63,747 bases of DNA, filler included, from Choristocarpus tenellus KU-1152 (GCA_964200185.2; 11 parts of 11 records of this genome joined end to end with filler, not necessarily neighbours in it); one strand, 5' to 3'. Numbered from the whole stretch's first letter, positions 1 to 14,369 are shown. The notes: generated by a model from the letters alone, not told the origin. Program-made: numbers and translations.

Positions 1-1419
1 GGGGGGGGGAATCAGACAAGGACACCTGTGTAAAGCTCCCATCTGCTGTGCACCTCATCCTTTTCAAATCTAAGTACTCATGGCTATGTCAACGGTAAAT
101 TTGCCCTTCTCGAATCTTGTATTTCTCAAAGCTGCACTATTAATACCCATATATACCCAAATATGTGTGTCTGAACTTGACTCACAGCATAGATAGGTTT
201 CCCACAGTAATCCTGCCACACAGTACAGTCCTGTTCATCCATTTGCACCTTTCTCCCCACCCCAACAATCTCATAAGAGACTTCAAAGTTTAATACTGTC
301 TTTTACTAATACTTCCAGATGCACCTTGCCCTCCACTGTTTCTTCTTATACTTTATATCCAATAAGAGCAAGAATAGCAGATTTTGCGGGCATATACCTA
401 CCTATAAGTCCCTTCCGTAACACTACGTTTGTAGTACATGTACACTTTGCGGCACCTGCACAATCTCCACAAGCTAGCTCAATCTCTATACACCACAGGC
501 AAGGAGCAAGAACAAGAAACAGGCCAAGAGACATAGCCCTGTGCACACAGTCCATTGCTGGTGCAGGGACAAAAAATTCTTACAAAAGAGCCTCCCCCAC
601 AACTAACTGTGCCTTTTAAAGCATCCCTTTGTGCAACAACACACTCTTGAATACCAGGTACATCAAGACACGCTCTATTACTACTGAGCTCAAGCACAAG
701 AAAATTGTACGTTCACAGGACCCTACATACACACATGCATGCTTGCATTTGCATACATATCCCTAACTATCAATAACTGCTACAACACATAGTTACCCTA
801 CATGGGTTTGACAGTTACATAAACATCTGCCCTTCTCACAGGAGAAAGGTGCACCAACCAAAACATCGTGTGAAAAGGCAAACAGGTGTGTCATAGAGGC
901 ACTTTTTTGCAACTATTGCCTTGACATTCTACAACAGCTAACACAAACAGGAACAAGGAAACCTCCACTCGAAGAGGTCAACCAACTTCAGGATTATGCC
1001 ACCTATGCTGCCAAGAAGTACTGAGTACCACACCATAAACACCTTCTGTTTCAAGCACCACAACACAATCTCCCACCTTCGCTCCAGTTGCATTTCTGTG
1101 GTCGCTAATTGTATTTCCTGCCCTATTGTCCAGCCCCCCCTTTGGGGTGAATCATCCAAAAAATTAACCCCCTACAATACAACTTTCTGGTGTTATCACC
1201 GGTTACTGTACTGTACTAAACAGAGTCTTGCCAAGATTGACGGGTGGGCAAGGGGCAAGGTAAAAAAAGAAACAGGTACTACCAACGGAACATACAGAGC
1301 AGCCCTCGAGCGATATCACGCCAACAGGGATACTTCACACCCTACAACCTCAATTGCCCCCCCTCAATCTTAAACAACTCCACAAAAAAAAAGATACATC
1401 CATAACTTAAATTAGAGAG

Positions 1420-2560
1420 AAGCAGCTACAAATGAATCACATTCCCATTGCCCACACAGCACAACACAACACCATAGCTGTTACAAATTTCGCAACAAAA
1501 AACTCAACAATCATGCTTAACCACCTCGTAACACACCCCTTCTGTCACCACTTCCCACCAAACTCTCTGGCAAATGAACTGGGTACAACCGTGTCATAAA
1601 TGTGGTGTGCGTGTGCAAATTGGCCATCCCATGTCAAACACACCCCAATGACTGAAATGCACGTAGCTATCGACAAAAAAAACAAGGGCAACATCGAGAG
1701 GGTATGGGGCGTATATTTAATCAAGCCCTACAATACTTCAAAATATTTTTTTAAAAGTCGACAACAATTATTATACTCATAAACTTCGGAGCAAGAACAC
1801 AGCATTACAATGGGCGTATACCACGACTGCTCAAGCAGGCATGCACACAGACAACCAACTTAACATAAGGGCCGCACTCAATGAGGACTCTTTTTCTTGG
1901 CCCCTTATTCACCCACTGCAATTGCTGTAGAACGATCAACAAGTCTCCCCCACCCCACCACCATAATACAACACTACTATTGCAGTAAACATGCAACTTC
2001 TGCCTCAATCGCTTCCACACAGAGGATCTTGACAAAGGTCATTGGCGTGTACTTCAAACAGGATCGTGATATAGGCCATTCGGATCAGCTCTGCGGATGG
2101 GTGGGCCACCTTCATACTTGTCGACAAGGAATGACCACACCTCCTTAGCAGCGCCCCTGTGGAGTGTAGAATGCACCACAAGGCATTGATTAATCATCGT
2201 GGTAACGGTCAGAAACGCAAGGCAAGGTGATGACAACCCCATGCAAAGTGCACTGGATAAAATGGTTATAGTGAAGGAGACAGTGGTGGTGGATACACAT
2301 ACACACAGACACTTGGACAACAACTTGAAGACACACATCCACTTCGATCAATAAATGGAGTTGGGTAAACCTCCAAGGTGTGCTCTTCCCAAGAGAGTGA
2401 GGAAAAAAGGAGGGTTGGGATTGCAAAAACACTAATCTTGAGCTTCGAAGAACTTTATGTTCACAGTACAGAAAACTCTGGTGTGCTAGCACATTGTACA
2501 AGAGAACAATTGGAAATGTTCCATTGCACGACAATTCCCTGAACAACCCCCTTCATGAAC
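1420..2560 (+). mobile_element. Possible highly decayed L1-like non-LTR retrotransposon ORF2 remnant
   Basis: Scattered, frameshifted matches in expected RT order: YLIKPYNT (about 1712, cf. KAYD), KGRTQ*G..LGPLF (about 1868-1910, cf. RQGDPLSPLLF), WVNLQGVLFPRE/KKGGLGL (about 2360-2420, cf. L1 W..VC.PK..GGLG). No intact ORF. Confidence 0.3.
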
Positions 2561-4779
2561 TGGCACCAGATATGGTGACACTTACACTACTGTGTATATA
2601 TATATATGTGTCTAACACAACGACCTGAAAGCTGGCTAGTTGTACCAAAAAGAGAAATGTTTGATGTTCATGATGACAAAAATAATGGAATCCATAAGAT
2701 CTACCATGAAGCACATGATATCATACTCATACACAAGTGTTCAAGCTAGGAATACCAATAGCCAAGCTAGAAGCGTGGCTCATTGTGCACAATTATCGTT
2801 TTGTACTTAAAACCACAGCAAAATCACCTGTAGTGCTTCAGTCCCTGCTTGGACAACAGTGGCACCCCCTCAGCATCCACAAGGTCACCATTGGTTATGG
2901 GACCAGGTCGTAGGGTTGGAAAGTCCAGGTCTTCCCCATCACCTACTCAAAGGAACAACAACCACAGAGCACAAGGGTTGGTTGGGCCAGCTCGGTTCAC
3001 TTTCAACCAATTTTGTCAGATTCCATTCTCCACACCACAGGCAGGGATTTAAAATGCACACGGACAATCCCACCACCCCACAAACCCAGACAGGACGCAT
3101 TTCCACCCCCCAAAAAAACGCGAGCAATTTCCATGACATTTTTTCCAGCCAAGAGGCAACTTCATGCACAACAAAACCATGAGCCAGACCTGTTTCACAA
3201 TGGTCGGGTCCTCATTTATGCTGCCCTATACATGCCCCCTATAGCCTAGCATCAACACACTTGATAAACACTGTGGTCAACGAGAATCTCAGGCAACAAC
3301 CATCTCCTCAATGCACATTCTGAATCTTGGCAAACCTCAAGCGAACTGTTCACAACAGGGAAAGGAAAAGGGACTCAATCGGTTTCATTTTGATGCCTGC
3401 TCGCTATCGGAGATCCTCATACAGACAGTGTCAGTGCAGTATGGGAACAAGAGAGCTGCCACTGCTAGTGACAGATCTTATTTGAAAAGACTCATAAAAG
3501 AGGTAACACCAAATAGAAAAAAAAATGCCTGGAAAGGAAGTGGGTTTCAATCTCATTTAACTCTCTCCCACGTGCCAAAAACGCCAACAAATCTTTACCA
3601 AATCACTCACAAAACAAAAACAAAAAGGCAGTGCCTTGAAAACAAAAATCCACAAACGCCAAACATCCTCCCTATCCTAGCTACAAGCTCCCAGCGGAGT
3701 CAACAATACCATCAACGAGGATCAGACATGTTCTACCTGCAAGGATGTATGCTTGCCAGCGTGAGAGCCATGTAGAGGCCACAAGGTACCATGGCCCAGG
3801 GTCCTCAACTCCACCCGTGGGAACAATAGCACCTTCACCCACTCCCTCTTCACTGGTGCTGCAATTGTTGCCATCATCACCTTTTACCACCTCTTCAATA
3901 TCTAGATCCTCCACCTTCACATCCTCCTCTGTCCTCGATGATTGTTTGGTCTCCCTCTCAAACAACAGGCGCTGCTCTCGACACCTTTTTGAGAGCAGTC
4001 CCACCTTACACACACAGCGGAGCCATAGACAAGACAGAAAACACACAAGCGTCTTATGGGTGAGGAAAAATGCCATCGAAATCACCACCACCTAGTCCAT
4101 GGCCTCTTGCTTTTGTTGAGATAGACAATAGCACATCACTGAAGAACACGGGTCGTGCTATGCGACCACTGCCAAATTATTGGGCAATTCAGTGGCAGTT
4201 AACAACATGAAAACATCAGTGTTCCTTGAGGCGTACCACTTCAACAGACACATCCCAGCAAAAAAGAAAAAACTTACAATAGACAAGGTAACTGTGACAG
4301 GCCTGGACAGTGAGTCACCTCTTACTGAGAATACTTCTTAATGGGGTTGGACCGGGCTTGTGGGGACTCTAACATTGCCTGCCCGTGAGCTGCCTTGTTA
4401 GAAATATACATGGAAGGTCAGGGTGTTCAACAGCTTCAACTGGGCAATAGTCCAAATTGGCACAAAAATATTTTCAAGCAGACTGGGACAGGTCTGAGTT
4501 GAGGTCGGGTTTGCCCTCAGGTGAGTTGGACCGAACCAGACAGCTTGTGCATGAAGCGCAAATTGTTCCACGAACCTCAAAACTTCAAACCAGATTATTT
4601 CTGAAAGAGCTCAATGTCTTCAAATACACTTACAATCTCGAATATTAAACGTACATCATAGCTTGAAAAAAAAACACACCAAAAAACAACAGGCAACCCC
4701 TTTATGAACAGGACCGCCCTGATGAGTTGCAAAACATTATTTTCAACAGGGATGGCTGGGCTAATAAAACACTACTTAC

Positions 4780-5261
4780 CTGTGCCGAGTCAGGGCGTAA
4801 GAGACCTTAACAGGGCTAGGCAGTAGGCTGACCTGATGCAAAAGAAAGGTCTGGAAATGAACTAACAAACCAATATAACAGCCCCCACATCATATTCACC
4901 CAGTACTTCCAAGGATGAATTTACCTTCAATACAATCATTACTACTGTCGTCATCCCCTGACCCTCACCTCCCGCTGTTCCTCTGCTCGTGCCTTGGAGA
5001 GCTCTTCCTCCATAGCTGCACACTCCCTGCATGACACCAACTCCACAAGCGGTCGAGAAAACCCAACTGACCTCTTATAAAAGCTACTTCGCCGTCGCTG
5101 TGGCCTGTCCCCCACTACACCAGCTGCGGCCCCAGCCACAGACCCTGAGCTAGCAGTGCCACTTGAACTTGTAATCCCGGTTCCCAGTAGCCCCACCAAG
5201 GGGTGGGGGGGGGGCATGTGAGGGGTCCGGGGACCATACCTATTCACAAGAGATCGGTGTA
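4780..5261 (-). CDS. Putative host gene exons of unknown function (low-complexity/coiled-coil), truncated by contig end
   Basis: Open frame ...CRECAAMEEELSKARAEEQRE ends at a GAG|GTGAGG donor (4969). A small exon 4832-4780 is bounded by ctttcttttgcatcAG and GTAAGT. Confidence 0.35.
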
Positions 5262-5361
5262 NNNNNNNNNNNNNNNNNNNNNNNNNNNNNNNNNNNNNNN
5301 NNNNNTTAATTAATTAANNNNNNNNNNNNNNNNNNNNNNNNNNNNNNNNNNNNNNNNNNNN
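5262..5361. other. Artificial contig linker
   Basis: 44 N + TTAATTAATTAA + 44 N. Confidence 0.99.
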
Positions 5362-6699
5362 GGCATTCTTAAAATGCAACTCTGGGTACCTCTCGTTTAC
5401 TTTTACTCTTTCCCCCCTCTATTGTGCAGCATCATGGAATACCACATCCATGTGGAAACACCAAATAATAGTGGAGGTGCAGGGTACGCCCATCGGATTC
5501 ATTTTTTTCTTCCTTGGTTTACTTTCGGATCCATATGTTGGATATCTCACTTCAGCACCTTCGTGCGCATACGTATCAAATCAAGGCATTGATGTGCATT
5601 CTGGTCAACCTTTCTTTCACAGGCAATGTGTATTAATGGCGGTTTCATAAACGACATTATGACCTTGAAGTCCTAGATTTCATATGTTGGTACTTCTTGT
5701 CTATTTATTATTTTAGACATTTTGATGCTGCAAAGAGGTGGTACATGTTTGTTCAGTCCAATTTACACTCCTTTGGAACTAATAAAGGGAACAATCGAAG
5801 TGAGGGATTCAAAATATTTGACGACCTTTCCCCTATGGCTCATTGTGGTCTGCCATTGTGGCAATCGCATTGGAAAGAGCAACACCTTCCCCTACCGCAT
5901 TGGTTGCTTGACTCCCTCAGGAATTGGAGGCTTAGCTCGAGCCTTTTCATAGGCGAGCAGAAGGTCATTGAAGTCTACCATCACAGCAACACCTCGGCAC
6001 TGGCAAGGCCTTCCCCTCCAGGGGTTGCCGCTTGGCTCCTTCTCCGTTATGAGTTGGAGGCTTGACTCTAGCCCTTGTACACAGGCGAGTGGAGGGTCAT
6101 GAAGGTGTGCCATCGTGGCAAGCACTTCAGATGTATCTGCTCCTTTACCCTGTGGTGGACGCTTAGCTACTGTTCCTGCTGATGTACTACTCCTCTTGGT
6201 GGCAGGTACGTCGACTGCTTTTCTCGCTCTGTAAGCAAGAATCTTACCATCTCGAACCAATGGGCATACCCCCTCAGGGACAAGTGTGGTGACTGCTCCA
6301 GGTCCATCCGGCGCAGGCTTAGTCGCATCTTTAGCTCCGGCTTCATTGCCTAATGGTTTATTCTACTAGGAGAAGCTCGTTGGACCTCTGTTTAACCAGA
6401 TAGTGCATTGCGCAGTGAAGATATTTCTCTTGTACTGACATATTTCTTTGCCCCCTTTGTTGGGCTGGTTGTGCTTAGTCGCGTTGAATATCATGTGTCA
6501 CGAATGGGTAACGTTGATATTTGCCTGGGGATACGTGCCTTGCATCACCTTCTGCACGACTGAATATGGTTGTTTTTGTTGACAGATCACGGTCGAGTTG
6601 ACAAGTATGACTTTCTCTATTTACTTAGTGTGAATGTCTACAACATATAAACTTTCGATGGTTGATTGGTTGCACATGAAGGGATTTCTGAACTTGCGA

Positions 6700-7500
6700 G
6701 TTCGTTCCTCGTGTATACCACTGGTCTCTTCCGATGCAGCTGGAGGAGTCAATTCGAACAGATTATGCAATCTCCTCTCTTACACCCCGATTCCCAACAT
6801 GCCCGAATTGCAGCAACCTATCTGAGGAGGCTGTTATTGTAGAAGAAGAGACAAACCTTTGTTCACACGAGCTTGAAATCGCCCTCAGGAGTGCTAGGGG
6901 CACATGTGCCAAAGGCCAGTCACAGAGCCTGCATGTACTCAACGATACCCCCCTCTATAATACTATGACTTCTGACAAGACGCACTATTGAAACTTGCCC
7001 AATAGCTCATTACCCTCCCAATTGGTCCATCATCCGACTTATTGTGCAGTGTAGTAACTACCGCCCAAATTCTGTAACTCGACCCTGAGGGGTGTGCCCA
7101 ACCATTGCCTGGAGATCCTCAAGAACATGTCCATTATCAATCTTCATGATATTCGCAAGCATATTTTATCTCCTGGATGAAGAGCATATGCAGCAGAGTA
7201 TGTGTTGTCTTCCGCACAATGTGAAAGCCAGGGTATTAAGAGCATATCTGGATGATCCCACCACTCTTTACCCCTGAAGAGAATCTCGAAGTCCTTTATG
7301 AAGAGCAGTATTGTTCAGGAAAAGGGTCATGCGAAAGTCGACATATCATTGAGGTTCAATAGGGAAAGAAGAGACCATAGAAGTTGCACCAGGAACTGGA
7401 TCTCAAGCCAAAAGTTGCCATGCTCGTTCTCAATACCCTGCACCAGATGTGTGCATTCTCGAAAGCCTTACAAGTCCTCTGGTAAGGGTCGCTTATAGGG
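6700..7500 (+). mobile_element. Possible decayed retroelement gag (copia-like) remnant
   Basis: LEESIRTD (about 6740) resembles LEESNRTD at the start of the copia gag at 53972(-). It is followed by broken coding-like frames. Confidence 0.25.
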
Positions 7501-8639
7501 TTATTGTAGCCTAGGTAGCATTGATCAGCCACAATCTCAACCAATTTTGGTTTCAGTGTTAAGGGCAACAGAGGGAAGGACAGTATATATACATACAATA
7601 ATTTCAGAGGCAACCGAAGAAAAACCAAGTTGATGTGCTCAGAGTTGTGTGTCTGCTGCAGACGAATATACATGGGGTTACGAAGATGATATCAATGATA
7701 CAAGGCATGTTATGCAGCAAGATTCATTTTTTTATGTATCGTAGTTATACACGTGACATAAACACTCTAGTATGATGGACATGGTGTCAAACTAAGTCCT
7801 ACTATACAATAAAAGGCCCTTGTCGGGCGACCTATCCCTGGGAACGGGCAGGGGAGGGAAGGGAGGGTCTCCTGGTGTTGGTTGATAAACATGATGACAA
7901 CATTCGCAATCGTTGAAATTCCCACAGCTCATTCCTCATTTACGATGTCACTGAGGACAAGGTCCATCCTGTGAGTAGCGCTTACCAACTATCTTCTCGT
8001 GCACCTCACGAGCGAGTTGTCACACATATGGGTGGGGGATTCGAGCACAAACGCTCATTATACCCTTCACATCCCCCAAATACCCAAGTACGAGCGACCT
8101 AGGTGAGTTAAATTGAATTGAGCGCGAATTACACTCCAATTTCACGTTTCCAACCTTCTCGATCTTCTTGGTATAACTGATCAGTAGGCACTTCTATGGC
8201 GATATTTGACCACCCAAGATTAGTGGGGTGTGTGTTAAATAAAGACTTGCTAAGATATCATCAGTGGAGGGCACCTAGGAAGAAATTCTAAAGTAGAAAT
8301 AGCACTCTCACACTCTGTGGCGTTGTGGAGTATACAGTTATAGGGGTATTGTCTTCCTTTCAGTCACACCATGAAACGCAATTAGTACATATCGAAATAG
8401 ATCGAAAAACAGGGGTTTCCACACCTTGAAGAGTTTGTAGCGTACGAGAGTTGTTGAAAGTGCGAAGTATTTTTACGGAAGAAATGGATAGGTCGCTGGG
8501 AGGGAGATCCTGCCAATTAGGTACTAGAGGATCGGTGGATGGGCACCACTCAATAATGTACACTACCAATATATATATATATATATATATGTATTGATGG
8601 TAGTATCAATCAAATATAGGTGGTAATAATATAATAATT

Positions 8640-9790
8640 AGATAGTGTGAGAGCCATCTTCCAAAGGTATATCCTGAAGGTAACCTATCTCGAAGAACCT
8701 GATATTCATATGGCATTTGTTTTTCCATGTTGAAGGTAGCATTTCCTTGAAGTAAAGACCGGGTGGTTTGAGGGGACCTTACAAAACTCCCTCATTTATT
8801 TACCACTTGTTCACTCCTTTTGAGGGATTGCTCTCCCTCTTGACTTCTCTCTCTCTTTTCCTTGCCTCCTGTGGGTCTCCCCCCTCCCCTTCATTACGAA
8901 GAACCTGTTGGCTTGTTCCCATCTGTTTCACAATAGTGGAGATATATCTTTCCATTTACAACAGCTGTTACTTTTGCAAGAAAAGTCATTATGATATTGG
9001 TTTGGGTTTTCCCCTGAAATATCTGCAAAATACTATATTATTATGCGCTTTGACATTTTGCAGATATGTCAGGTAAAAAGCCAATTCAATATCGTAAGGA
9101 CCCTTGTAAAAGTAAAAAGCTGTCGTAAATGTGAAAGTTATCTCTCGAAATATGTATTATTATACCCTCTAACATTTTGCAGATGTGTCAGGGGAAAAGC
9201 AATGGAAATCCAAATCAATATAATAAGAAAATCTGTAGATGTAACTGTTGTCGTAAATGTGATAGATATTTTCTATCATCTGTTTTTCCATTTGACTACC
9301 AGCTATGCTACACCATTCCCCTTCTATGCCTCCAACCTAGCTTTGCCCTACACCACAGGGCGAGGAGCTAGGTAAGCATCCCAAGAGTCTGACAGGCCCC
9401 TCCTAGCACATCTCCCGGTGTCTCTAGCTTAAAATGCATGACACGTCTTGATAGAGCCACTTGTGTTATGGTAGACATTTTCTGTTGTAAACCGGATTTG
9501 ACATCTCCTTTCCTGCTATAGCCTCCCGCCCCTCTCCCCCCCCCCTCCCCCCCCCTACCACGTGCGTAGCTAACTCATCCAGATTTTTTTCTCCAAGCTT
9601 ACCGTCACCAAAAAGTTTCCACCACGAAGGTTTGAGGTTAAAACTAGGAGGGTCAAAAGAACTCTCGTAGTGGGTGCACTTTCGCGCCTCAACTGCACCA
9701 ATCAATGGCTAGATCAATGCTGGTGGATGAGTGTGGCAGATGGGAGGCTACTTGCACTTCTGCAGGCATAAGCAAGCATCATAATTTTAT
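8640..9790 (-). mobile_element. CRE-like (RLE-endonuclease) non-LTR retrotransposon 3' remnant with downstream repeated tail
   Basis: Minus-strand peptide AVEARKCTHYESSFDPPSF...LDELATHVVGG (9466-9705) is homologous to 25570-25900. The tail 9040-9420 carries repeated acattttgcagatgtgtcagg units. Block 8640-8770 matches 26200-26360. Confidence 0.7.
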
Positions 9791-9869
9791 GTAATTTTGA
9801 TCAGTTTAAATCGAAGACATACCATTCCACTAAGGTATACTGAATATTTCCTTCTCTGCTTTTGAACAC

Positions 9870-10200
9870 AATACAGTGTCATGCGTTTTAAGCTGGAGTC
9901 ACCAGGGAGATGGGTAAGGAGAGACTTGTTAGATTCCTAGCTCCTCACCCTGGGGTGCAGGAATAGGTAGGTTAGAGACACAGGAAGACAGTGGTACAAC
10001 ATAGATGGTAATAAAATAGCAAATAGATTAATGTTTTTCACGTTTGTGACAACTGTTACTTCTTTAGGGTTTTTTCTGACATGTGAATACTTTTCATTAG
10101 TTTTTCCCCGGACACATCTGGAAAATGTCTTTGGGCATAATAATAAATATACAGAACATGTCAGAGGGCATAGGAATAAAATTACAGAACAAGAATGATG
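9870..10200 (+). repeat. Inverted partial copy of the CRE-associated tail repeat
   Basis: Reverse complement matches 9150-9445 and 25300-25590 (e.g. ctagctcctcacc, gacacatctggaaaatgt). Another fragment lies at about 10680-10740. Confidence 0.75.
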
Positions 10201-11109
10201 ATGCCCCAAAATGTACTGCCATCCATATCGATGTGCACACTCGCTAAAATTAGATCCTCCAACAACATGAATCAGAGTGGGTATCAGGTTCCTTGTGAAA
10301 AAGTGGTCATGTACGTGCCAAAATCCGTCAAGGACAACCCTAGCATAAGTTAAAACGTTTAAGCGTATACGCGTTCCCTACACGGTAGTTCGCCCATTCT
10401 GATAAGCAAATACAATTCTCTACGAGGTATAGACACCTATGTCATCAATACGACTTTATCCCTTGGTAATTTAATTTGCGTAACTTTTTTCAGCGAGCGT
10501 AAGCACCAGTAACAATTCCTGATGATGTCTCTAAGGACATGCTATTCTAAGTTTTTTTTGTGGGCGTCACGCTCTTTCACATTCTCTAAAATGGCATGAG
10601 GGGGTTTCGAGTACCTAGATTGTTATGCTTTCTCACCAATCTCGTATTCTGAGTGATTTCAAAGGGTGTGTCTTATATATATATTGTTATGGCTCCTGAC
10701 ATTTTGCAGATGTGTCAGGGAAGAACGTCTTGTCATCTCTAGCATTGTTTTCTTTTGGTGAATGACTGTGAGGAAGGACTTCTCAAAAATCGTAAGGGAA
10801 AATATTGAATGATTGGTGGAGCTAGTAGCCAATAATCCACATCGGGTTCCTACACCAAAGACAACCGCCCATTCAAATAGATCACACAGCAGTTCCAATA
10901 TATGTATTTAATCCCATGACAGCAGTCTGACGGGTCCCTAGACCTGTGGTCAAAATGAAGCCAGAGGAACACATAGTACAATGTACCCATCACAACACCA
11001 ATATACGTGAAAAAAGAGAGGAGAGAGAGAGGACAAAGGAGAAAACAAAGAGACGCCTTGGAGAGACACTCTGGAATAAAATTAGAATATCCCAACCAAG
11101 ACCTCAGGG

Positions 11110-11830
11110 ACGTTGTCCACCTTCACAGGTCAACTCCTTCCCCACCTTAACAATCACTGATATCCTCCTGGCCAGGCTCACTCGTGTATTAGAGGCAGTG
11201 TCTGCTTCGCAGTGTAGAACATACTCCACCAACAGCACTCACGTGTTACCCCATTACCTGCAATCCACCCTCCTCTAACCTTGAGTTTCCTCTCAGCTCC
11301 ATTAATGACAACTAGGTCTCTTGAGACGGTCGGGTCAAAGTCGAACACCTCTCACTACTAGGCATAGCACTGTGGTGAAGAGAGTATAGAAGAGAATGGA
11401 ATCAAGGACACACCCCTCATAAAGGCCTTGGCTGACTGGAAACCAGCACGTGCATTCCCCGTCATTCATGTGGACACGTGCCCTCATTTCTATCACGGAA
11501 CTGAACTGATGGAGGACTGAAATTGTCCTCTGAATTGGGTTTAGTTCACCCCACAGAATATTATGCTTAAAGCAGTCATTTATGCCTTTTGGAGACAAGA
11601 AGGCATGTGAGCAAGACAGCATGTTTTCCTCTCACGAGCTCCTGAAGGACGCATTGAGGTACACTACGTTGTTCATCATGTAGAATATTTTCCTGTTCGG
11701 GATATGGCACTGAGTCTTGCGACCACAATAAGAAGCACTTTGCCAGCGTGTGCAACCAATGAAATGCCTCTGTAGTTGCCACGATCATTCCCGTCCTTCT
11801 TTCTTGTGGAGTAACCTCAAAACCCTAAGC
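11110..11830 (-). mobile_element. RTE-clade LINE reverse transcriptase remnant (pseudogenised)
   Basis: KKDGNDRGNYRGISLVAHAGKVLL, LQELVR and MRARVHMNDGECTCWFPVSQGLYEGCVLDSILF are the typical RTE RT motifs in order, broken by frameshifts. Confidence 0.85.
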
Positions 11831-13309
11831 ATATTTCCAAGGTTGAGGTACATAATTGTAATAGTACGCCAGAAGAATGTACTCCGAATAATTATATGTT
11901 CCTTCCGAACTCTGGTATGTCTTTCCTCACGCCCACCACTCTTACAAAAACAAAACTACTTCCACTCATTTCGACGAATAGCTAAACTCGGGAATGCATG
12001 GTGGGAGGATTCGGTGAATCGAACATGCGTATGTGGCCGATTGTTGGCAGCCCTAATAACCCTCCAAAAAGTCTATATCGTAGTTTTCTTATTCTGATGG
12101 AGGGGACGAAAATTGTTGTTGAGGTTATTTGGATCGTTGTCGTACCGAAAGCACGATCGAGGGTGTAGAAGGTATGTACGTAGTTGTAGCGGCAGTGACA
12201 GTAGGGTCCCAATATTCAGCTGTAATGCTAGAGAAGTAGTGCGAAGGTCGCGCCCATAAAATTGCTCGTAGACCTCTTATTGGTGTTACAAGGGAGGTCT
12301 CCTTGGTAATTACAAACAGGTATTTGGACAGAACAACGACTAATGGCGCTGTAACTACTATTGATATAGAGAGTCGACCTCTATGAGGCTCAGTTTAGGT
12401 TTCCGACCCTATGCGACGATTTGACGTAATGTTAAGGACGTGGAGCGCAAAAGTCGTAGGGTTGTTGATTGTTGATTGTTGTGTATGGGCATTGATGGAA
12501 ACGTGGTTCAGTGATATATCTACATCTAAGCAACTCCAAGACATGAAAATCGGGAAATGTGCAACACGTGGAATGTAGGTGGTGTTGGCGGGAAGTTGAA
12601 CATATCGTGGTTGTGTTTGAAATTGTTCGCCATCGGTATTTACAGAGAGACTACTGGGAGTGTCCATGATACACAATTGATTGGAGTAGGTAGCATTCGA
12701 CAACCTTGTAAAAAATAAATAAATATATATATATATATATACTCCGTATACAATATAAGACAGAATGCACGATCGGTTGCAATCACACCTCTCCCCTGTT
12801 GTATTGTCAACATTGAGTATCGCAGTGTTTTTCATCCTTCAAACCCATATTAGGCTTATCATATCAGAAGAAAATTTGATTATCTAGTAGTGCATAAAAT
12901 GTTCACTTTCATGCCTCATCAAACTCACACCTACAACAGCCATCTTTGGTCGGCGTGCCTTCTTGTGTTTCTCTACCGTAGGATATTTCTTCTCTCCATG
13001 AGGGTTCTTCCTTTTCTCCATGAATTCCTCACTGTTGGCCCAGAGAGTGCGAAAGTGGACAATATTTTGGTAATTGTGTGTGCCTTACCCATCATCAAGC
13101 TTGAATAAAAATACAGATAATAGGCAGTAGTACTACTATTGATGTCAACAATTGTTTACACCTCAGAACAACTGTGAAGATATGAACACACTCCCTAAAA
13201 TGATATATCCTCGTAGAGGACGGACCAGAGTGGAGTGTGGTTGTTATTGGGTTCCTCACGAGGAGTAGGCCCTGTTAGACATTCCATTCAATGTCAGCAA
13301 TCCATCAAA

Positions 13310-13550
13310 GACCCAAAATATCTGGGGGGGTTAATTTAAAATATAAACAACAAAAAAATAATCGGACCTAAAGACCAGGAGGGGGGGGGGGGGGAGGAGG
13401 CTACACCAGGGTGTCCATTTTGGGTCAAATCTGGAAAATTGCATTTAGATCATCCATCCGATGTATACAACTAAACCACCCAAAAATCGTGATATGAAAA
13501 AATTGACCCCAAATACACAGCCGCCACCCCCCCCCCAGACACTTTGAGCC
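13310..13550. mobile_element. MITE, family A (TIR about GRSTCAAAGTATCT)
   Basis: Ends GACCCAAAATATCTGGGG ... CCCCAGACACTTTGAGCC. The right end matches the copy starting at 63707. Confidence 0.65.
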
Positions 13551-14369
13551 AAGCACAACCCTAACGCGAGTAAAATCGGCGCGCCTTCCATAAGGTATTT
13601 GTTGCAATGTGATAGGAGAACATGACTGGTAAAACTTATTGAAACATTTTTCTACAGTACGACTTAATACTACTACATTCTACATTACTTAGGTGACTCT
13701 TTTCAGCAAGTGTACACATTGTCACTGTTACTTTTAGAATATGCTTAATGAGATTTTGTTAGCAAATGTACCACCCTATCACACCCCCTAAATAATGTTT
13801 TGGAGTACCTAGTTGGATACCATCCAAGACAGATAGTTACGTTTAATCTATAGTAATGTGTACTGAAAGGGGTTATGAGAGTAGACGAGAAGACTACTTA
13901 CCTATGACCATGTGTTGTCATCATACAGTACTAGTGTAGAATACTAATAAAGGAAAAAATTATGAAGTAGTCTGAATTTTGTGGGCGAAAGAATTCTGGT
14001 TGGAGGGGGGCAAAGGGGAAGGGAGAGGACTGGGAGAAAAGTATGAATTAGCAAGAGGGTGAACAAAGAGTTAGGTATTGAGTGGCTAGGAGAGGGAGGA
14101 GAGAAGTTAAAGAAATTAGTGGTAGATGGGGGCACAAGGGAAGAAGAAATGGTCAGTATTGAAACGAATACCTAGGGCTGGTGGTGCAGGACGAGGAGGG
14201 CTAGAACAAGACAACCTCCGAACAAACTTTCCCGCCCACCCACTCTATCATTTGCTCACGACCGATGGGGATGCTGGGAAAAGGGAGGGGTGGTCAAGTT
14301 CGGGTGGAGTAGATGTCTATGCAAAAGAGAGCTCTTCCAATAGAGTATTTTCATTAAGCTGTATGGATG

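Noticed and set aside
5262-5361. TTAATTAATTAA palindrome (PacI-like) repeated ten times, and ORFs ending in X..LIN
   Set aside because: Artificial six-frame-stop linker inside N runs, not biological. ORFs crossing it are artefacts.
5892-6360. Gag-like minus-strand ORF (122 aa)
   Set aside because: Composition is suggestive but no diagnostic motif is present, so it is left unassigned.
7830-8070. Possible tRNA-derived SINE (reverse B-box-like ggattcgagc at about 8037)
   Set aside because: No A-box, cloverleaf or second copy recognisable in the window.
11930-12835. Coding-like minus-strand stretch (146-aa ORF)
   Set aside because: It crosses a TA microsatellite and has no motif I can assign.
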